Notes: a model not told the origin generated them from the sequence alone. DNA of 64,000 nt from an uncultured Candidatus Poseidoniales archaeon (GCA_902625325.1 CACOAW010000004.1:50647-114646); one strand, 5' to 3'. Positions 9,320-19,201 are shown, counted from the stretch's first letter. Numbers and translations are program-made.

Positions 9320-9711
9320 TCTCCGATAAGTTTGGAGTAACTGCCCGCATCTAGAAGCCCAGTCATATCTAAATCAGGACCTACTTTGATTTTACAAATC
9401 CACCCTGAGCCATATGGGTCCTCGTTTATCAGCTCTGGCGAATCTTCTAGAGAATGGTTCACTTCAGTTATGGTACCGGCGACAGGGGCATAAATCTCGC
9501 TAACTGACTTCACAGATTCGACACTCGCAAAAGACTCCATCGCACTCACCTCGATGTCGGTTTCGGGGAGTTCGACCCAGACTACCTCAGTCAAGGCATT
9601 CTGGGCAAAGTCAGTTATTCCTATACTCACTTCATCTCCTTCAACTTTAACCCATTCATGCTCCTCGGTGTATTTCAGCTCTTCAGGAACGTCTCCCATA
9701 GTAACTACCAA
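9316..9711 (-). CDS. gcvH: Glycine cleavage system H protein / lipoyl carrier
   Basis: 'ESVKSVSEIYAPVAGTITEVN' (lipoyl-Lys), 'PYGSGWICKIK'; 131 aa. Overlaps rnhA by 4 nt. Confidence 0.85.
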   Translation of the reverse strand: MVVTMGDVPEELKYTEEHEWVKVEGDEVSIGITDFAQNALTEVVWVELPETDIEVSAMESFASVESVKSVSEIYAPVAGTITEVNHSLEDSPELINEDPYGSGWICKIKVGPDLDMTGLLDAGSYSKLIGE

Positions 9712-9750
9712 TCAACGCGAGCAGTGGACATAGGGTCAAGTTTTCGCTCT

Positions 9751-10107
9751 CTACTCCTCGCCGTGTTTTGACTCCAGATGCTCCATCTCCATCCTGGCCC
9801 ATTTCGTACTGAGACCCTGCATGCTGGCCTCGTCCCTCTCTCTCTCTAACCTAGATATCATTTCGCCTTCGGCTTCTCTACTGATCATCGAGTCTGTAGG
9901 CCATCTCCCGTGTTCCTTTCCCCTACCCACTGCTAATGAGACAAGTAGAATCGAGGCTAAGACAGAGATTGCACAGACTATCGAGAATACTCCGAACTCT
10001 GAAAAATCAGTGAATCTACCATCTACTACTGCAATAGATGTCACCGCCAATAGACAGAGAATGAATCCCGAAAGGAGCCTGCTCATCCTCGAAGCCGGAG
10101 ACTCCAT
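9751..10107 (-). CDS. Hypothetical small membrane protein
   Basis: 118 aa, two hydrophobic helices then a charged tail. Confidence 0.3.
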   Translation of the reverse strand: MESPASRMSRLLSGFILCLLAVTSIAVVDGRFTDFSEFGVFSIVCAISVLASILLVSLAVGRGKEHGRWPTDSMISREAEGEMISRLERERDEASMQGLSTKWARMEMEHLESKHGEE

Positions 10108-10153
10108 GACTTTACGAATTCGACACTTCGAATCAACTTGACCTAAGTTAGTA

Positions 10154-10732
10154 TCATAACTCTTGGATTAACTTATGAATCTTGTATGGAAGTAGGGCTC
10201 TGTTTACTGGGGTAACCTCCAGTATACGCGCGTCGTCTCTCCTCCTGATATCCTGCAATAGGGGGTGCCGACTTTTCTTGTGAAGAGTCAGCAGAGTAGG
10301 TAGGTCATGTTGCAATGCCAACCTAACCGAGTTGACAAAACCCTCGCTTTCGACAGTGAACTTCCCAACCTCGTCTATCACTAAAATCTCACAGTTTCCT
10401 ATACTGTCAATTATCGCGGGGACTCCAACCCTATCGATCTCACTTGGGTCTATGCCGAAGCCAAGTATGCGATTCCTAGAGTCTATTTCTCTATGCGCCA
10501 TCACTCCCTTCTCACCGGTAAGTATGTTCACGCAGGCATATCCGACCCTTTCTCCGTTCTCAATTACTGGCTCGCACCTCATGCCCCCAATAATGTGCTC
10601 GGGGGGACTAGGACCCTTGGTCCTCCTGAACCCACTACCTTCTTCGGAAATCATGTCTACAACTTTCTGAAGTACAGCCGACTTTCCCGAGCGTGGGAGA
10701 CCAGTAATGCCAATCTTTGGATTGATTCCCAT
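10154..10732 (-). CDS. Nucleoside-triphosphatase, THEP1/NTPase (DUF265) family
   Basis: Walker A 'ITGLPRSGKS', Walker B 'LVIDEVGKF'; 192 aa, typical archaeal THEP1 size. Confidence 0.7.
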   Translation of the reverse strand: MGINPKIGITGLPRSGKSAVLQKVVDMISEEGSGFRRTKGPSPPEHIIGGMRCEPVIENGERVGYACVNILTGEKGVMAHREIDSRNRILGFGIDPSEIDRVGVPAIIDSIGNCEILVIDEVGKFTVESEGFVNSVRLALQHDLPTLLTLHKKSRHPLLQDIRRRDDARILEVTPVNRALLPYKIHKLIQEL

Positions 10733-10875
10733 GCTACTCTCCTAAATGCATTCCAAGTCCGGAACGTCCTCCGTATGCAAACCCTGAATATTAATCCATT
10801 CTCGATATGGGTGATTTTCCGGAACTAGGAAACCGAAATCCTAAATCCGCAAATTATCTCAGTGTCGTTATTTGG

Positions 10876-12846
10876 CTATGCCGGCAATCCAAATTCCCCA
10901 CCCTCTATTTCGAACGGTAGAGTCTCGATTTCATAGTTATTCACATTATTATTTGCCGCCCATGCTTTCGACCACAGATCCAGGTCTTCTGAATTCAGCT
11001 GGCTAGCGAGGACTCTCAAACCCTCTTCAATGGTTCCGAACCTATCCTTTAGCCGCTCTGTAACAACGGGGGGGAGATCGAGGAAGCTTACCGAGTTCCC
11101 GATAACGCAGCCCTCTGGAATAACCGCCCAGACCAATCTCCTCTCAGAGTTAGGATTCACCACCGCCTGACACGCGATTCTAGACTGGACGGCCATATTC
11201 TTGGGTCCTGACCATCCAGAACTATTAGCCTCTAAATCACCTACATTATTGGTATCGAAAGCAGGGTGTCTAATTACCCCTTTACCATTTTCGAAATGGA
11301 TATGAGATCCCCTCACGAATGGAAGAAGACCCTCTCTCCACTCGCATATTTCATCCTCCCAAGAAGACCTCTCAACTTCCCCTACTCTGACTTTAATGAC
11401 TTTAGTACTCGGATTCAAGCCAGTTCCGTCTTCGACCAGACGAGGCTTATCTGCCAGTTTCCCTATTGCTGACAAGGTCCTAGTCCTGTCAATCGGCGAC
11501 CTGGGCATCTTTGGAACGGCCCATGATGCATCTGTCCAAGAGGACCATGGTCCTCTTTCCAACTCAAAGAATGGAGCATCGGACACAAGTCCCTTGCCCG
11601 ACGAGAGGTCATCAATCTGTAGAGGTCCGAAGCTGGTTAGAACATCGGTTTCTTCTCCAACGGTAACTCCGATTACAGATACTCCTTGGGAACCACCGAA
11701 GAGAAGCTTATGGTCTTCTGGAAATGACCAAACTGAATCCCATTGGTTCGACTCAACAAGCAGTTTCCTGAGCGGTAGGCTGCTTTTCTCCCTCAGAACC
11801 GAACTGGGTACTACTAGTCTTGCTCTTCCTCCTTTCTGACACAATTGCATTGATCTCTCGATGTAAAGTCTGTATAAGTTCACATTCCCTTTGATTGCTG
11901 AAAATCTGGTTTTTCCATCCGATTCCTGGAACTCCCTTAGCTGACATGACAGCCTCTTTCTCAGAGCACTCCCATCTGGATGTCCTCGAAACCTATCCTT
12001 GATTCTGAGCCACGGAGGGCGTGAAACGAGAAGCATGGGGCCCTCGTTCCAGGGCCACTCGCCGAGTAAAGGATCAACACAACGCACGTTACTCTCGATG
12101 ATCATCTCTGCCTCACTGAGACCAATCTTTCCTTCGTCCCCCTCTCCATCTAGGTCTACAAGCCCTAGCCTGGCAAGGACAATCACGATTCTCTTCCTAG
12201 CCGAGGTCACCGCCACCTCGGAACTGTCAACCAACTGTAGTCCCTCTAAGAGTCGAAGAGTGTCCTCTCTCCTCTCATTCAGTGTATTTCCTGAAATTCT
12301 TTCAGCGTGTATCCTCAATATTCTCTCGACTAAGAGACCGCCACCCACACAAGGGTCTGCAAACGGAATCGGAATCCCCGAAATTGTTCTGTTATCCATT
12401 TCCGGACTATCGCTTTCGGAGTCCCCGCTATCGTCGATATTTTCGTTAATCTGCTTTGCAAAACCCCTGAAACTAGGTGGAAGGGCAGCCAAAGAGAGCG
12501 TGGCGGGGGGCTCCTTCTTCTTACTGCTCCCATGGCGTAATTCATCGTACAGTATTGCATCCACAAACCGTGCCGGAGGTGCATAAACTCCCCTCGGGGA
12601 CCGCCCATCGCTCTGGGCATCAAACCTAGCGATTAGATGATCCAGAACCGTTCCTGGATTACTGAGTAGACCTGCAGGAAGAGTTGGCCAATTGTTCGGG
12701 AGGGTAGCTGCTATCGGGAGTCCTTTCTTAGTTGCCTCAAGCCAAGAATCGAGCCAAATTCCGATTTGCTGGGTCCTTTCTGGACACTCATGATCCAGTC
12801 TCGCGTACCACCCAGAAGTTTCGCTTGTCATGATTGTACATCCCAT
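10876..12846 (-). CDS. Gamma-class N6-adenine DNA methyltransferase homologue (Eco57I/type IIG-like MTase module) with non-canonical catalytic tetrad
   Basis: 'RGVYAPPARFVDAIL' (FxTP-type motif X), 'DPCVGGGLLV' (motif I), 'NLYRLYIERSMQLCQKGGRARLVVPSSVL' (post-catalytic motifs). At the NPP[YFW] position the sequence is S-R-P-P-W (codons at 12010-12021). A 300-aa C-terminal TRD-like region follows. Confidence 0.6.
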   Translation of the reverse strand: MGCTIMTSETSGWYARLDHECPERTQQIGIWLDSWLEATKKGLPIAATLPNNWPTLPAGLLSNPGTVLDHLIARFDAQSDGRSPRGVYAPPARFVDAILYDELRHGSSKKKEPPATLSLAALPPSFRGFAKQINENIDDSGDSESDSPEMDNRTISGIPIPFADPCVGGGLLVERILRIHAERISGNTLNERREDTLRLLEGLQLVDSSEVAVTSARKRIVIVLARLGLVDLDGEGDEGKIGLSEAEMIIESNVRCVDPLLGEWPWNEGPMLLVSRPPWLRIKDRFRGHPDGSALRKRLSCQLREFQESDGKTRFSAIKGNVNLYRLYIERSMQLCQKGGRARLVVPSSVLREKSSLPLRKLLVESNQWDSVWSFPEDHKLLFGGSQGVSVIGVTVGEETDVLTSFGPLQIDDLSSGKGLVSDAPFFELERGPWSSWTDASWAVPKMPRSPIDRTRTLSAIGKLADKPRLVEDGTGLNPSTKVIKVRVGEVERSSWEDEICEWREGLLPFVRGSHIHFENGKGVIRHPAFDTNNVGDLEANSSGWSGPKNMAVQSRIACQAVVNPNSERRLVWAVIPEGCVIGNSVSFLDLPPVVTERLKDRFGTIEEGLRVLASQLNSEDLDLWSKAWAANNNVNNYEIETLPFEIEGGEFGLPA

Positions 12847-12891
12847 TCGCTCTTCGTGTTTGAATGGTTGTATTGATTAAGGGCACGATTG

Positions 12892-13527
12892 TCATGAGCT
12901 GATGACAAAAACGTCTCTTTCTATCTCAATAATATCGTTCTTCTGAAGAAGCCAAGATATCGACTCGTCAATGTCCTCTGCAGTTATTCCAGGAGACTCC
13001 AGTAGCCGCATTATATTATCAAAATGCAAACCCTCTCCCTTCTCATTTGCCTCCTCGATTACAATCAGAATCCTTTGACTAATGTAAGCCAGCAAGAGGT
13101 CATCATCAGTCGAGAGCGATCCGAGGTCAACCAGCGGAATTCCATCGATCTCCTTTCCTTCTGCATTGAGGGCCTCCTCCGAAGAACCGTATACGTCGAA
13201 CAGATTCCGCTGGTTTGGATCGGGCAATGGAGATGTCCCAGAGCTCTCTCTTCTCCTGTTAATCTGTTTGGAAAGATTCTCTATTCTATGAAGTCTCTGT
13301 TCGTACCTGAGTTTCTCCCTGCCGAGATGCGACTCCAGTAGTTCCAACTCTTCAATGGCCCTTTCGTCTAGCCACTTAGATAAGTCCCAGTTTGGATTTT
13401 TGCGTAGCATTGACTCCCAGAGAAGGGATACGGATTCCGGTAGTGTTCTGATGTCGATTTTCGGTCCGCTCTTATCCTCTTCTGAGTTGGTTCCCATGGG
13501 CCTGTTGTCAACTTGACCGTCTATCAA
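12892..13527 (-). CDS. Hypothetical protein with predicted C-terminal winged-helix
   Basis: 211 aa; charged/coiled N-terminal half; C-terminal 'HFDNIMRLLESPGITAEDIDESISWLLQKNDIIEIE' looks wH-like. 45 nt upstream of the MTase-like gene on the same strand. Confidence 0.4.
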   Translation of the reverse strand: MIDGQVDNRPMGTNSEEDKSGPKIDIRTLPESVSLLWESMLRKNPNWDLSKWLDERAIEELELLESHLGREKLRYEQRLHRIENLSKQINRRRESSGTSPLPDPNQRNLFDVYGSSEEALNAEGKEIDGIPLVDLGSLSTDDDLLLAYISQRILIVIEEANEKGEGLHFDNIMRLLESPGITAEDIDESISWLLQKNDIIEIERDVFVISS

Positions 13528-13565
13528 TTATCTGCTCGGCGAGGAAACCTGTCGGCAGGGTTGGA

Positions 13566-14783
13566 TTGATGAATGAAAGGGTTGTGCCCCGGTCAATGGC
13601 GCCGTACAGATTGGCACTTTTACCTGGGGATGGGACTGGCCGAGAGGTTATGAAAGAAGTTAAGCGGATACTCTCAACCTTCCATGATTCAGGAGCAATT
13701 TCATTGGAAACCACCGAGATTCCTTGTGGTGGCCAGCACTATCTGGATACTGGTGAGGAGTGGCCGGCTGGCTCTTTCGAATACTGCAGGGACGAATCTG
13801 ATGCCATTGTGGTCGGTGCAGTTGGCTGGCCAGGAGCCAATCTCCCAAATGGTGATATCGCTGGAGGGCAGGCACTTCTGGGACTGAGGTCAGCATTAGA
13901 TTTGTATGCTAACGTTAGACCGGTCAAACTCCACAAGGGCGTCAAGCACAAGGTGCATGGAAGCTTCATCGATGTTTGGGACAACGAACTCGTAGACATC
14001 GTAATGGTGAGAGAAAATACCGAGGGCCTGTACCATGCCCTGCTAAGGAGGTCTGGAATGGCAGCCAGAGGAGAGGATAGGGATGAGCCACTTGTTATCG
14101 ACGGATTCCCGGGTCTGGAAGGAGAAGTGGGATGGGACGTTAGGCCGATATCACGGAAGGGTAGCGAGAGAGTTATCCGTTTCTCATTTGAACTAGCCAA
14201 GAGACGTGAATCCAGACTTGGTAGCATTCAGAAGGTAACATGTGTCGACAAGAGCAACGTCACTAAGGGATGCAGACTATTCAGGGATGTTTTCAGGGAG
14301 GTCTCATCTGAATACCAAGGCATCGTAACCAACGAGGCGTTCATTGATGCATTCACTATGTGGCTAGTCAGAAGCCCAGAGGATCTCGATGTGGTCGTTC
14401 TCCCGAACATGTTTGGAGATATAGCCACAGATCTAGCCTCAGTATTGCAGGGGGGGATGGGTATGGCTGCTAGCGCCAACATAGGAGATGAACACATGTT
14501 ATTCGAGCCAGTTCACGGGTCCAGCCCGAAATACGCAGGGCAGAACAAAGTGAATCCCATTGCAGCAATATCTTCTGTCCAATTGATGTTCGACTCACTT
14601 GGTTTGAGGAATGACGATCAAGAAGCGATGTTGTGCGGGGACGTTATTGAGAGAGCCATTTCAGAACACATGTCCTCGGGAGGCTCCGTCACTTACGACT
14701 TGGGAGGCAAGGCCTCAACCACGGAGGTCGGTGAGGCCATAGCGTCCAGATGTGCAGCGATTCTCACAGAGTTGGGTAGCTGA
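13566..14783 (+). CDS. Isocitrate/isopropylmalate dehydrogenase family (beta-decarboxylating dehydrogenase)
   Basis: 'LLPGDGTGREV', 'NMFGDIATDLAS', 'GSSPKYAGQNKVNP'. Start may be Met11 (13596). Confidence 0.8.
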   Translation: MMNERVVPRSMAPYRLALLPGDGTGREVMKEVKRILSTFHDSGAISLETTEIPCGGQHYLDTGEEWPAGSFEYCRDESDAIVVGAVGWPGANLPNGDIAGGQALLGLRSALDLYANVRPVKLHKGVKHKVHGSFIDVWDNELVDIVMVRENTEGLYHALLRRSGMAARGEDRDEPLVIDGFPGLEGEVGWDVRPISRKGSERVIRFSFELAKRRESRLGSIQKVTCVDKSNVTKGCRLFRDVFREVSSEYQGIVTNEAFIDAFTMWLVRSPEDLDVVVLPNMFGDIATDLASVLQGGMGMAASANIGDEHMLFEPVHGSSPKYAGQNKVNPIAAISSVQLMFDSLGLRNDDQEAMLCGDVIERAISEHMSSGGSVTYDLGGKASTTEVGEAIASRCAAILTELGS

Positions 14784-14797
14784 ACAGGACATGAGGC

Positions 14798-15586
14798 CTA
14801 TTCTGAGAAATGATTGTTGATTTCCTTCAGGGACCTGTTCAAAGATTTTCGATTGTCCCATTCTGTCTGTTTGTAATCGGAGTCATCGATTAGACAGGAC
14901 AGAATACCCTCGAACGCTCTGGAAACCTCGTCTACTATCGTTACCGAAGCCATCTTAGCACTTCTTGAAAGAGGGTTCAGATCGACCACTAGGACTTCCT
15001 TGCCAAGACTAATCAGTGCCTCGCACCTGTCTCCGTCCTCAAGAGGGACAAGGATGGTATCAGCTCCGCCTATTCCTTCTACAGTGCAGTTTGAGCGTGG
15101 GCCCTCCAAACCTTCTATCTTGAAATTAGGAGATTCCCCTAGGAGCGATACTCCCTCGACTGTTTCCTTCCAGTCCCCATAGAACCCGTCAGGTGCATCC
15201 TCTTGGGACACTTCAAACCTGCATTCTTCCAAAAGCGTGATCAGCCCCATGACTCTGCTCGGGGTTCTATAATAGAGGTTCACCTCAATAGGACAACTAA
15301 GGACTGCAGCCAACCTAATCGCTCCGTCGCCTGCTAGGACCGTCGTGTTTCCGTTAACTGAGATGACCGGTCTTCGGGCATTCCTGAGGCGGGCCGCACT
15401 CTCACGAATGGCCTCTCTGGCTGAATCCGTGGTCCTCTCTCCGAGCAGATAGTCGAAAGCCTCTCCTCTGCCATGAGCAATCATTGCCGAGTCCGCAAGC
15501 AGACCCTTGGAGCTGCCATCCACTATCTTCTGCCTCGACTCTAGGGATTTCTTCCTGGGGTGGCTATCGGGAATCCTGGTCATCAA
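14798..15586 (-). CDS. Archaeal 4-phosphopantoate--beta-alanine ligase (phosphopantothenate synthetase, COG1701)-like
   Basis: 'HGRGEAFDYLLGE', 'PVISVNGNTTVLAG', 262 aa. Assignment is from memory of the COG1701 signature and has not been verified. Confidence 0.45.
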   Translation of the reverse strand: MMTRIPDSHPRKKSLESRQKIVDGSSKGLLADSAMIAHGRGEAFDYLLGERTTDSAREAIRESAARLRNARRPVISVNGNTTVLAGDGAIRLAAVLSCPIEVNLYYRTPSRVMGLITLLEECRFEVSQEDAPDGFYGDWKETVEGVSLLGESPNFKIEGLEGPRSNCTVEGIGGADTILVPLEDGDRCEALISLGKEVLVVDLNPLSRSAKMASVTIVDEVSRAFEGILSCLIDDSDYKQTEWDNRKSLNRSLKEINNHFSE

Positions 15587-16524
15587 CTCCCTCCAACTAG
15601 CATTGAGAGATCAAGTGAGGGGACTCCCATGTTAACTGAGCTTGAAGAAATCACATCTACCATGGAACTCTCAATCCAGGTATGCAAACCATCCAACGTT
15701 ACTCCTCCTGATCCCTCGAGAATGCACCATTCCCTTAACCCAGACTCTCTTAGTAGAATTTCTGCAGACCTACACTCACCTGGTCCCATATTGTCTAGCA
15801 GTATCACTATCCTTTCCTCCCTTCCTCTGATTTTCTGATTCTCTGACCAGGACTCGGCTGCTGAAATCGCCTGCGAAGAGTCCTGAACCTCGATTACGAC
15901 AAATCCGGCACCTTTCTCAAAATCAATGGAAGAAATTGCGGATGAAATTGCTGATTCAACATCACCTTTAGAGCCGATTACACTCAAGTCATTCTCCTTG
16001 ATCATCAATGCATCCGTCCTACTGAGCCGATGCGTTAGTCCCCCTCCTACGTGTACGGCCCATTTGTCCATCAGCCCCCATGCAGTTTTTCTGGTGCATG
16101 CGATGGAAACACCCTCTGACTTGCTTACCCATTCGGAGGTTCTCGTGGCAATGCCTGATAGCCTACCAAGAATGTTCAGCACAACCCTCTCGCAACTCAA
16201 GACACTATCCGATGGCCCGGAGATTGACAAAATCTGGCTACCTACTGTGATATCTCCTCCTTCTTCGACATTCCAAGTTAAATTACAGGAGGGAAACCAC
16301 TCAGCGAAAAGCAAGTCCACTGGAACCCTGCCACAGAACACTCCTGCACCTTTCGATACCACTACTGCCTCAACAATATCCCCCGTGTTTCGATCCATTG
16401 CAGAGTCATCTGACAGGTGAGCAGTCAACCATCTCCTTATCGAATCCTGAAACAGCTTTGTCGGATGAGGAACTTCCTTTGCATAGCATAGCAAGTGGGA
16501 TCGGTCATGCGGCAGTCCTTCCAC
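15583..16524 (-). CDS. nadC: Nicotinate-nucleotide pyrophosphorylase (quinolinate phosphoribosyltransferase)
   Basis: 'TRKTAWGLMDKWAVHVGGGLTHRLSRTDALMIKENDL', 'ILLDNM'; 313 aa. Confidence 0.9.
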   Translation of the reverse strand: MEGLPHDRSHLLCYAKEVPHPTKLFQDSIRRWLTAHLSDDSAMDRNTGDIVEAVVVSKGAGVFCGRVPVDLLFAEWFPSCNLTWNVEEGGDITVGSQILSISGPSDSVLSCERVVLNILGRLSGIATRTSEWVSKSEGVSIACTRKTAWGLMDKWAVHVGGGLTHRLSRTDALMIKENDLSVIGSKGDVESAISSAISSIDFEKGAGFVVIEVQDSSQAISAAESWSENQKIRGREERIVILLDNMGPGECRSAEILLRESGLREWCILEGSGGVTLDGLHTWIESSMVDVISSSSVNMGVPSLDLSMLVGGS

Positions 16525-16574
16525 GCATCATGCACTGTAAGCCCCCCCTTGAATAGTACTAATACTCGATAGGG

Positions 16575-16817
16575 TCAATCTAGTGAGTCAAGCCCGGACT
16601 CAGCTGCTGACAAGCAGGCAAGAATGTCATCTACCGATGATCTCGATTGACCTAGCCCGTCCGTGGTAACCCCTACTCTCAACTCTACATAGTCACTGAA
16701 ATCCAATAACTCAACCGTGAAATCATCCGGATCGTCGGGGCTTATCGCTGCCAGTAGCGCCTCACCTCTTTCCTTCGAACCAGTCCAAAGTATGGATACA
16801 GCAACCCTCCCCATCAT
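16575..16817 (-). CDS. Small conserved protein, possibly KEOPS Pcc1-like
   Basis: 80 aa. Pattern of alternating hydrophobics and a C-terminal 'SVDDILACLSAAE' resembles Pcc1. Weak. Confidence 0.3.
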   Translation of the reverse strand: MMGRVAVSILWTGSKERGEALLAAISPDDPDDFTVELLDFSDYVELRVGVTTDGLGQSRSSVDDILACLSAAESGLDSLD

Positions 16818-17941
16818 ACTCCCCAGAAACGACTTCCTTGGACTAAGTCATCGTCCTCGGAGAATGATTGGACTATTGTTCTCAGGAGGTAGTACATTAC
16901 CATGGACATGATTGGTAGCCCCCAATCGTCCCCTAGTTGATTGAACGTGGGACTATATTCCTGCCCTGATGAAATCACGAGTGCCACGTCGATTGTTGCC
17001 GCTACGAAGGTGTAGAAAACTACCCCAAGACCGATTAGTAGAACGCTCCTTCCTGTGAAGGAACCCTCCTTCCACCTCAGAACTCCCAGAGCAAGTAAGA
17101 ACGAGAATACGGAACCCACAATCCATTGTAGAACCTCATCAACAAGCCCTAACAAGTGCTCGAACTGAGAATTCCCATCTGGAACTGGATCGTCCCATCC
17201 CGCCCAAACAGTAGCAATTGCTAGGAACAAGCTCACAATTGACATCCCCCAAAATAACGACGAGAAAAGCCCCCCAGTAGCGCTGTCTCTCATCTCCATT
17301 GCTACCCTCTCCATTTGTGCTTCAAGACCCAGCCCTTTACCCAAGACCCACAATCCTATCAGGAGTGGTAGAGAGCCGATGAGAGCTATTCCGTTTGGTA
17401 GGATTAGGCCTAGACCAATTATGATCAGGAAAACTGCGAGTGGAACCAGAAGTCTAGACCTAAATCTGGGGTCCTCTATGGCCTTCACGATGTAGTAGTA
17501 GGTGCCCTCGATTCCTTTCGACTGCCTGACTATAACCTTCTCCACGGTGTCTACTCTTACCCTCGAGGTAACAATGGGCAGAGAAGCTTCGTCATCAGCG
17601 CCATCCGTGACAAGGAGCGCTGCATCTGGTTGGAAATCCTGTATCACCTCGTCCAACTGGCTAGCTATCGCCCTATCGCTCCTAGGGCCTACCCTAACAT
17701 CACCTGTAAGAATAGCGATCTGAACCTCATCGCTAGCCCCGGCTCCTTCTGCCAGCCTATCATGATGGTGCAGTGCACCAAGAATCGCGTTAGTATCGGA
17801 CTCCTCTGGGTCCGCGATACCCAATCTGAGAGCCGCTGTCAGGCAGGATTTCCTGCCAACGACTGGCCCCCTAATTCCCGATTTTACTCCCAAATCATTG
17901 TCTCTGTCAATTGTGAGAACCAGTGTTCGTACTATGCCCAC
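16814..17941 (-). CDS. DUF373-family archaeal membrane protein
   Basis: 375 aa: soluble N-terminal domain of about 150 aa, then about 6 TM helices. Family assignment is from memory (COG2237). Confidence 0.5.
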   Translation of the reverse strand: MGIVRTLVLTIDRDNDLGVKSGIRGPVVGRKSCLTAALRLGIADPEESDTNAILGALHHHDRLAEGAGASDEVQIAILTGDVRVGPRSDRAIASQLDEVIQDFQPDAALLVTDGADDEASLPIVTSRVRVDTVEKVIVRQSKGIEGTYYYIVKAIEDPRFRSRLLVPLAVFLIIIGLGLILPNGIALIGSLPLLIGLWVLGKGLGLEAQMERVAMEMRDSATGGLFSSLFWGMSIVSLFLAIATVWAGWDDPVPDGNSQFEHLLGLVDEVLQWIVGSVFSFLLALGVLRWKEGSFTGRSVLLIGLGVVFYTFVAATIDVALVISSGQEYSPTFNQLGDDWGLPIMSMVMYYLLRTIVQSFSEDDDLVQGSRFWGV

Positions 17942-17973
17942 GCCCCCCTTGGAGAGAGTTGGTAAGCACCTAC

Positions 17974-19173
17974 TTATGAGGAATTGGCCGAATCGTTACC
18001 CGAGTCACCAGCATCTCCGCCAGATTCAGCTTTGCTTGACCCATACCTCCTCCTCTGTTTCGCTCTGATATACTTCAGTGGATGGGTCAACCATTCTTGG
18101 TCACATAGGGGATCCTCCCCGATTTGCACAGGGCACCTTGCATTCGTTTTGAGAGAAGAGCATCCTGAGGGGGTATACTCTCTTTCGTAAATCTGACCCA
18201 CTTGGTATGATGTAGTGTCGGGATCATAGTCTGGAGCGTTAGAAAAAAAGTTGCAGGTCTGCTCCTGCTGGAGGCCTATCGATTTGGAGAAAGCGGCAAG
18301 GAAGAACCTTCCAACATGATTTACATTCACCCCCTGGTTTAACTCAGAGACAGCCGATTCAAAGCACGGAGGCCAGTCATCCCTTATTGCTGCCGTCATG
18401 GGCATCTCCTCCTTGACTCTCTCAGAAAGCAGTCCAGTAATCCTCTCCACAGGGTCTGCGAACTTAGCTGCAAACTCATCGTCCATTCTGGAAATCCTTT
18501 CTTCACAACTAACCTTTAGACTCTCTCTGACTCTCTCCTTAATCAAACGGGAAGCCCTCTCTCTGCCCGTCTCTCCAGCCCCAGAATCAATACAAACCCA
18601 ACCATCTCTCAAAGGTCTATTGACCAACCTCCAGTATTTTCCGGAAATTTTTGGGCTGAGCTCGATGAAGTCTACCATTGGAATCCAGTAGACCTCAGCC
18701 CCCTCAGAGTTAGTTTCCACGATAATATCGGAGAGAAAAGAAGAGGAAAGCAAATTGAAGTTCTTTGAGTCCATTCCCAGTAACTTATCCGCCCTGCTAG
18801 ACTCACCCTCAATCCATCTGGAAAGCAACCTCTCATCGAATGATGCACAGACAACTAGCATTGCATGAAGGAAGGACAGTACCTCCGTCATCCTCCCAAC
18901 GTCTGTTGAAAGGTCAATTGTGGAAGAGGAACCTGCATCCTCCTGTTGTAGCACTGAATCCACCAGCCTTAACCTTCCCCTAACTCTCACATCCTCCAGC
19001 CAAGGGGCTTCAATTAGATCCTCAACAGTTATTCCGTTATCTTCTAAAATCTCACGAATGAATGTTCTTCCCTGTGGAAGAAAGGGATACCGAGCGAGTA
19101 AACCCTCATCATCGATTTTAGGAGCCCTGATTGGCATCGGCACGTACCTAAGAGTCCCGCGAGGGTTCTTCAA
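17974..19173 (-). CDS. priL: DNA primase large subunit PriL
   Basis: 'DWPPCFESAV', 'NHVGRFFLAAFSKSIGL', and the downstream Cys ligands 'SGCSSLKTNARCP' of the Fe-S domain; 399 aa. Confidence 0.7.
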   Translation of the reverse strand: MKNPRGTLRYVPMPIRAPKIDDEGLLARYPFLPQGRTFIREILEDNGITVEDLIEAPWLEDVRVRGRLRLVDSVLQQEDAGSSSTIDLSTDVGRMTEVLSFLHAMLVVCASFDERLLSRWIEGESSRADKLLGMDSKNFNLLSSSFLSDIIVETNSEGAEVYWIPMVDFIELSPKISGKYWRLVNRPLRDGWVCIDSGAGETGRERASRLIKERVRESLKVSCEERISRMDDEFAAKFADPVERITGLLSERVKEEMPMTAAIRDDWPPCFESAVSELNQGVNVNHVGRFFLAAFSKSIGLQQEQTCNFFSNAPDYDPDTTSYQVGQIYEREYTPSGCSSLKTNARCPVQIGEDPLCDQEWLTHPLKYIRAKQRRRYGSSKAESGGDAGDSGNDSANSS

Positions 19174-19201
19174 TACTTACCGAGCCCTTCCAGTGGAGAG
19201 C

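Noticed and set aside
18920-19201. N-terminal 94 aa of the track ORF for mptE (MEEEPASSCC...)
   Set aside because: It overlaps the priL coding region on the opposite strand and is low complexity; the conserved MptE sequence starts at ATG 19202.
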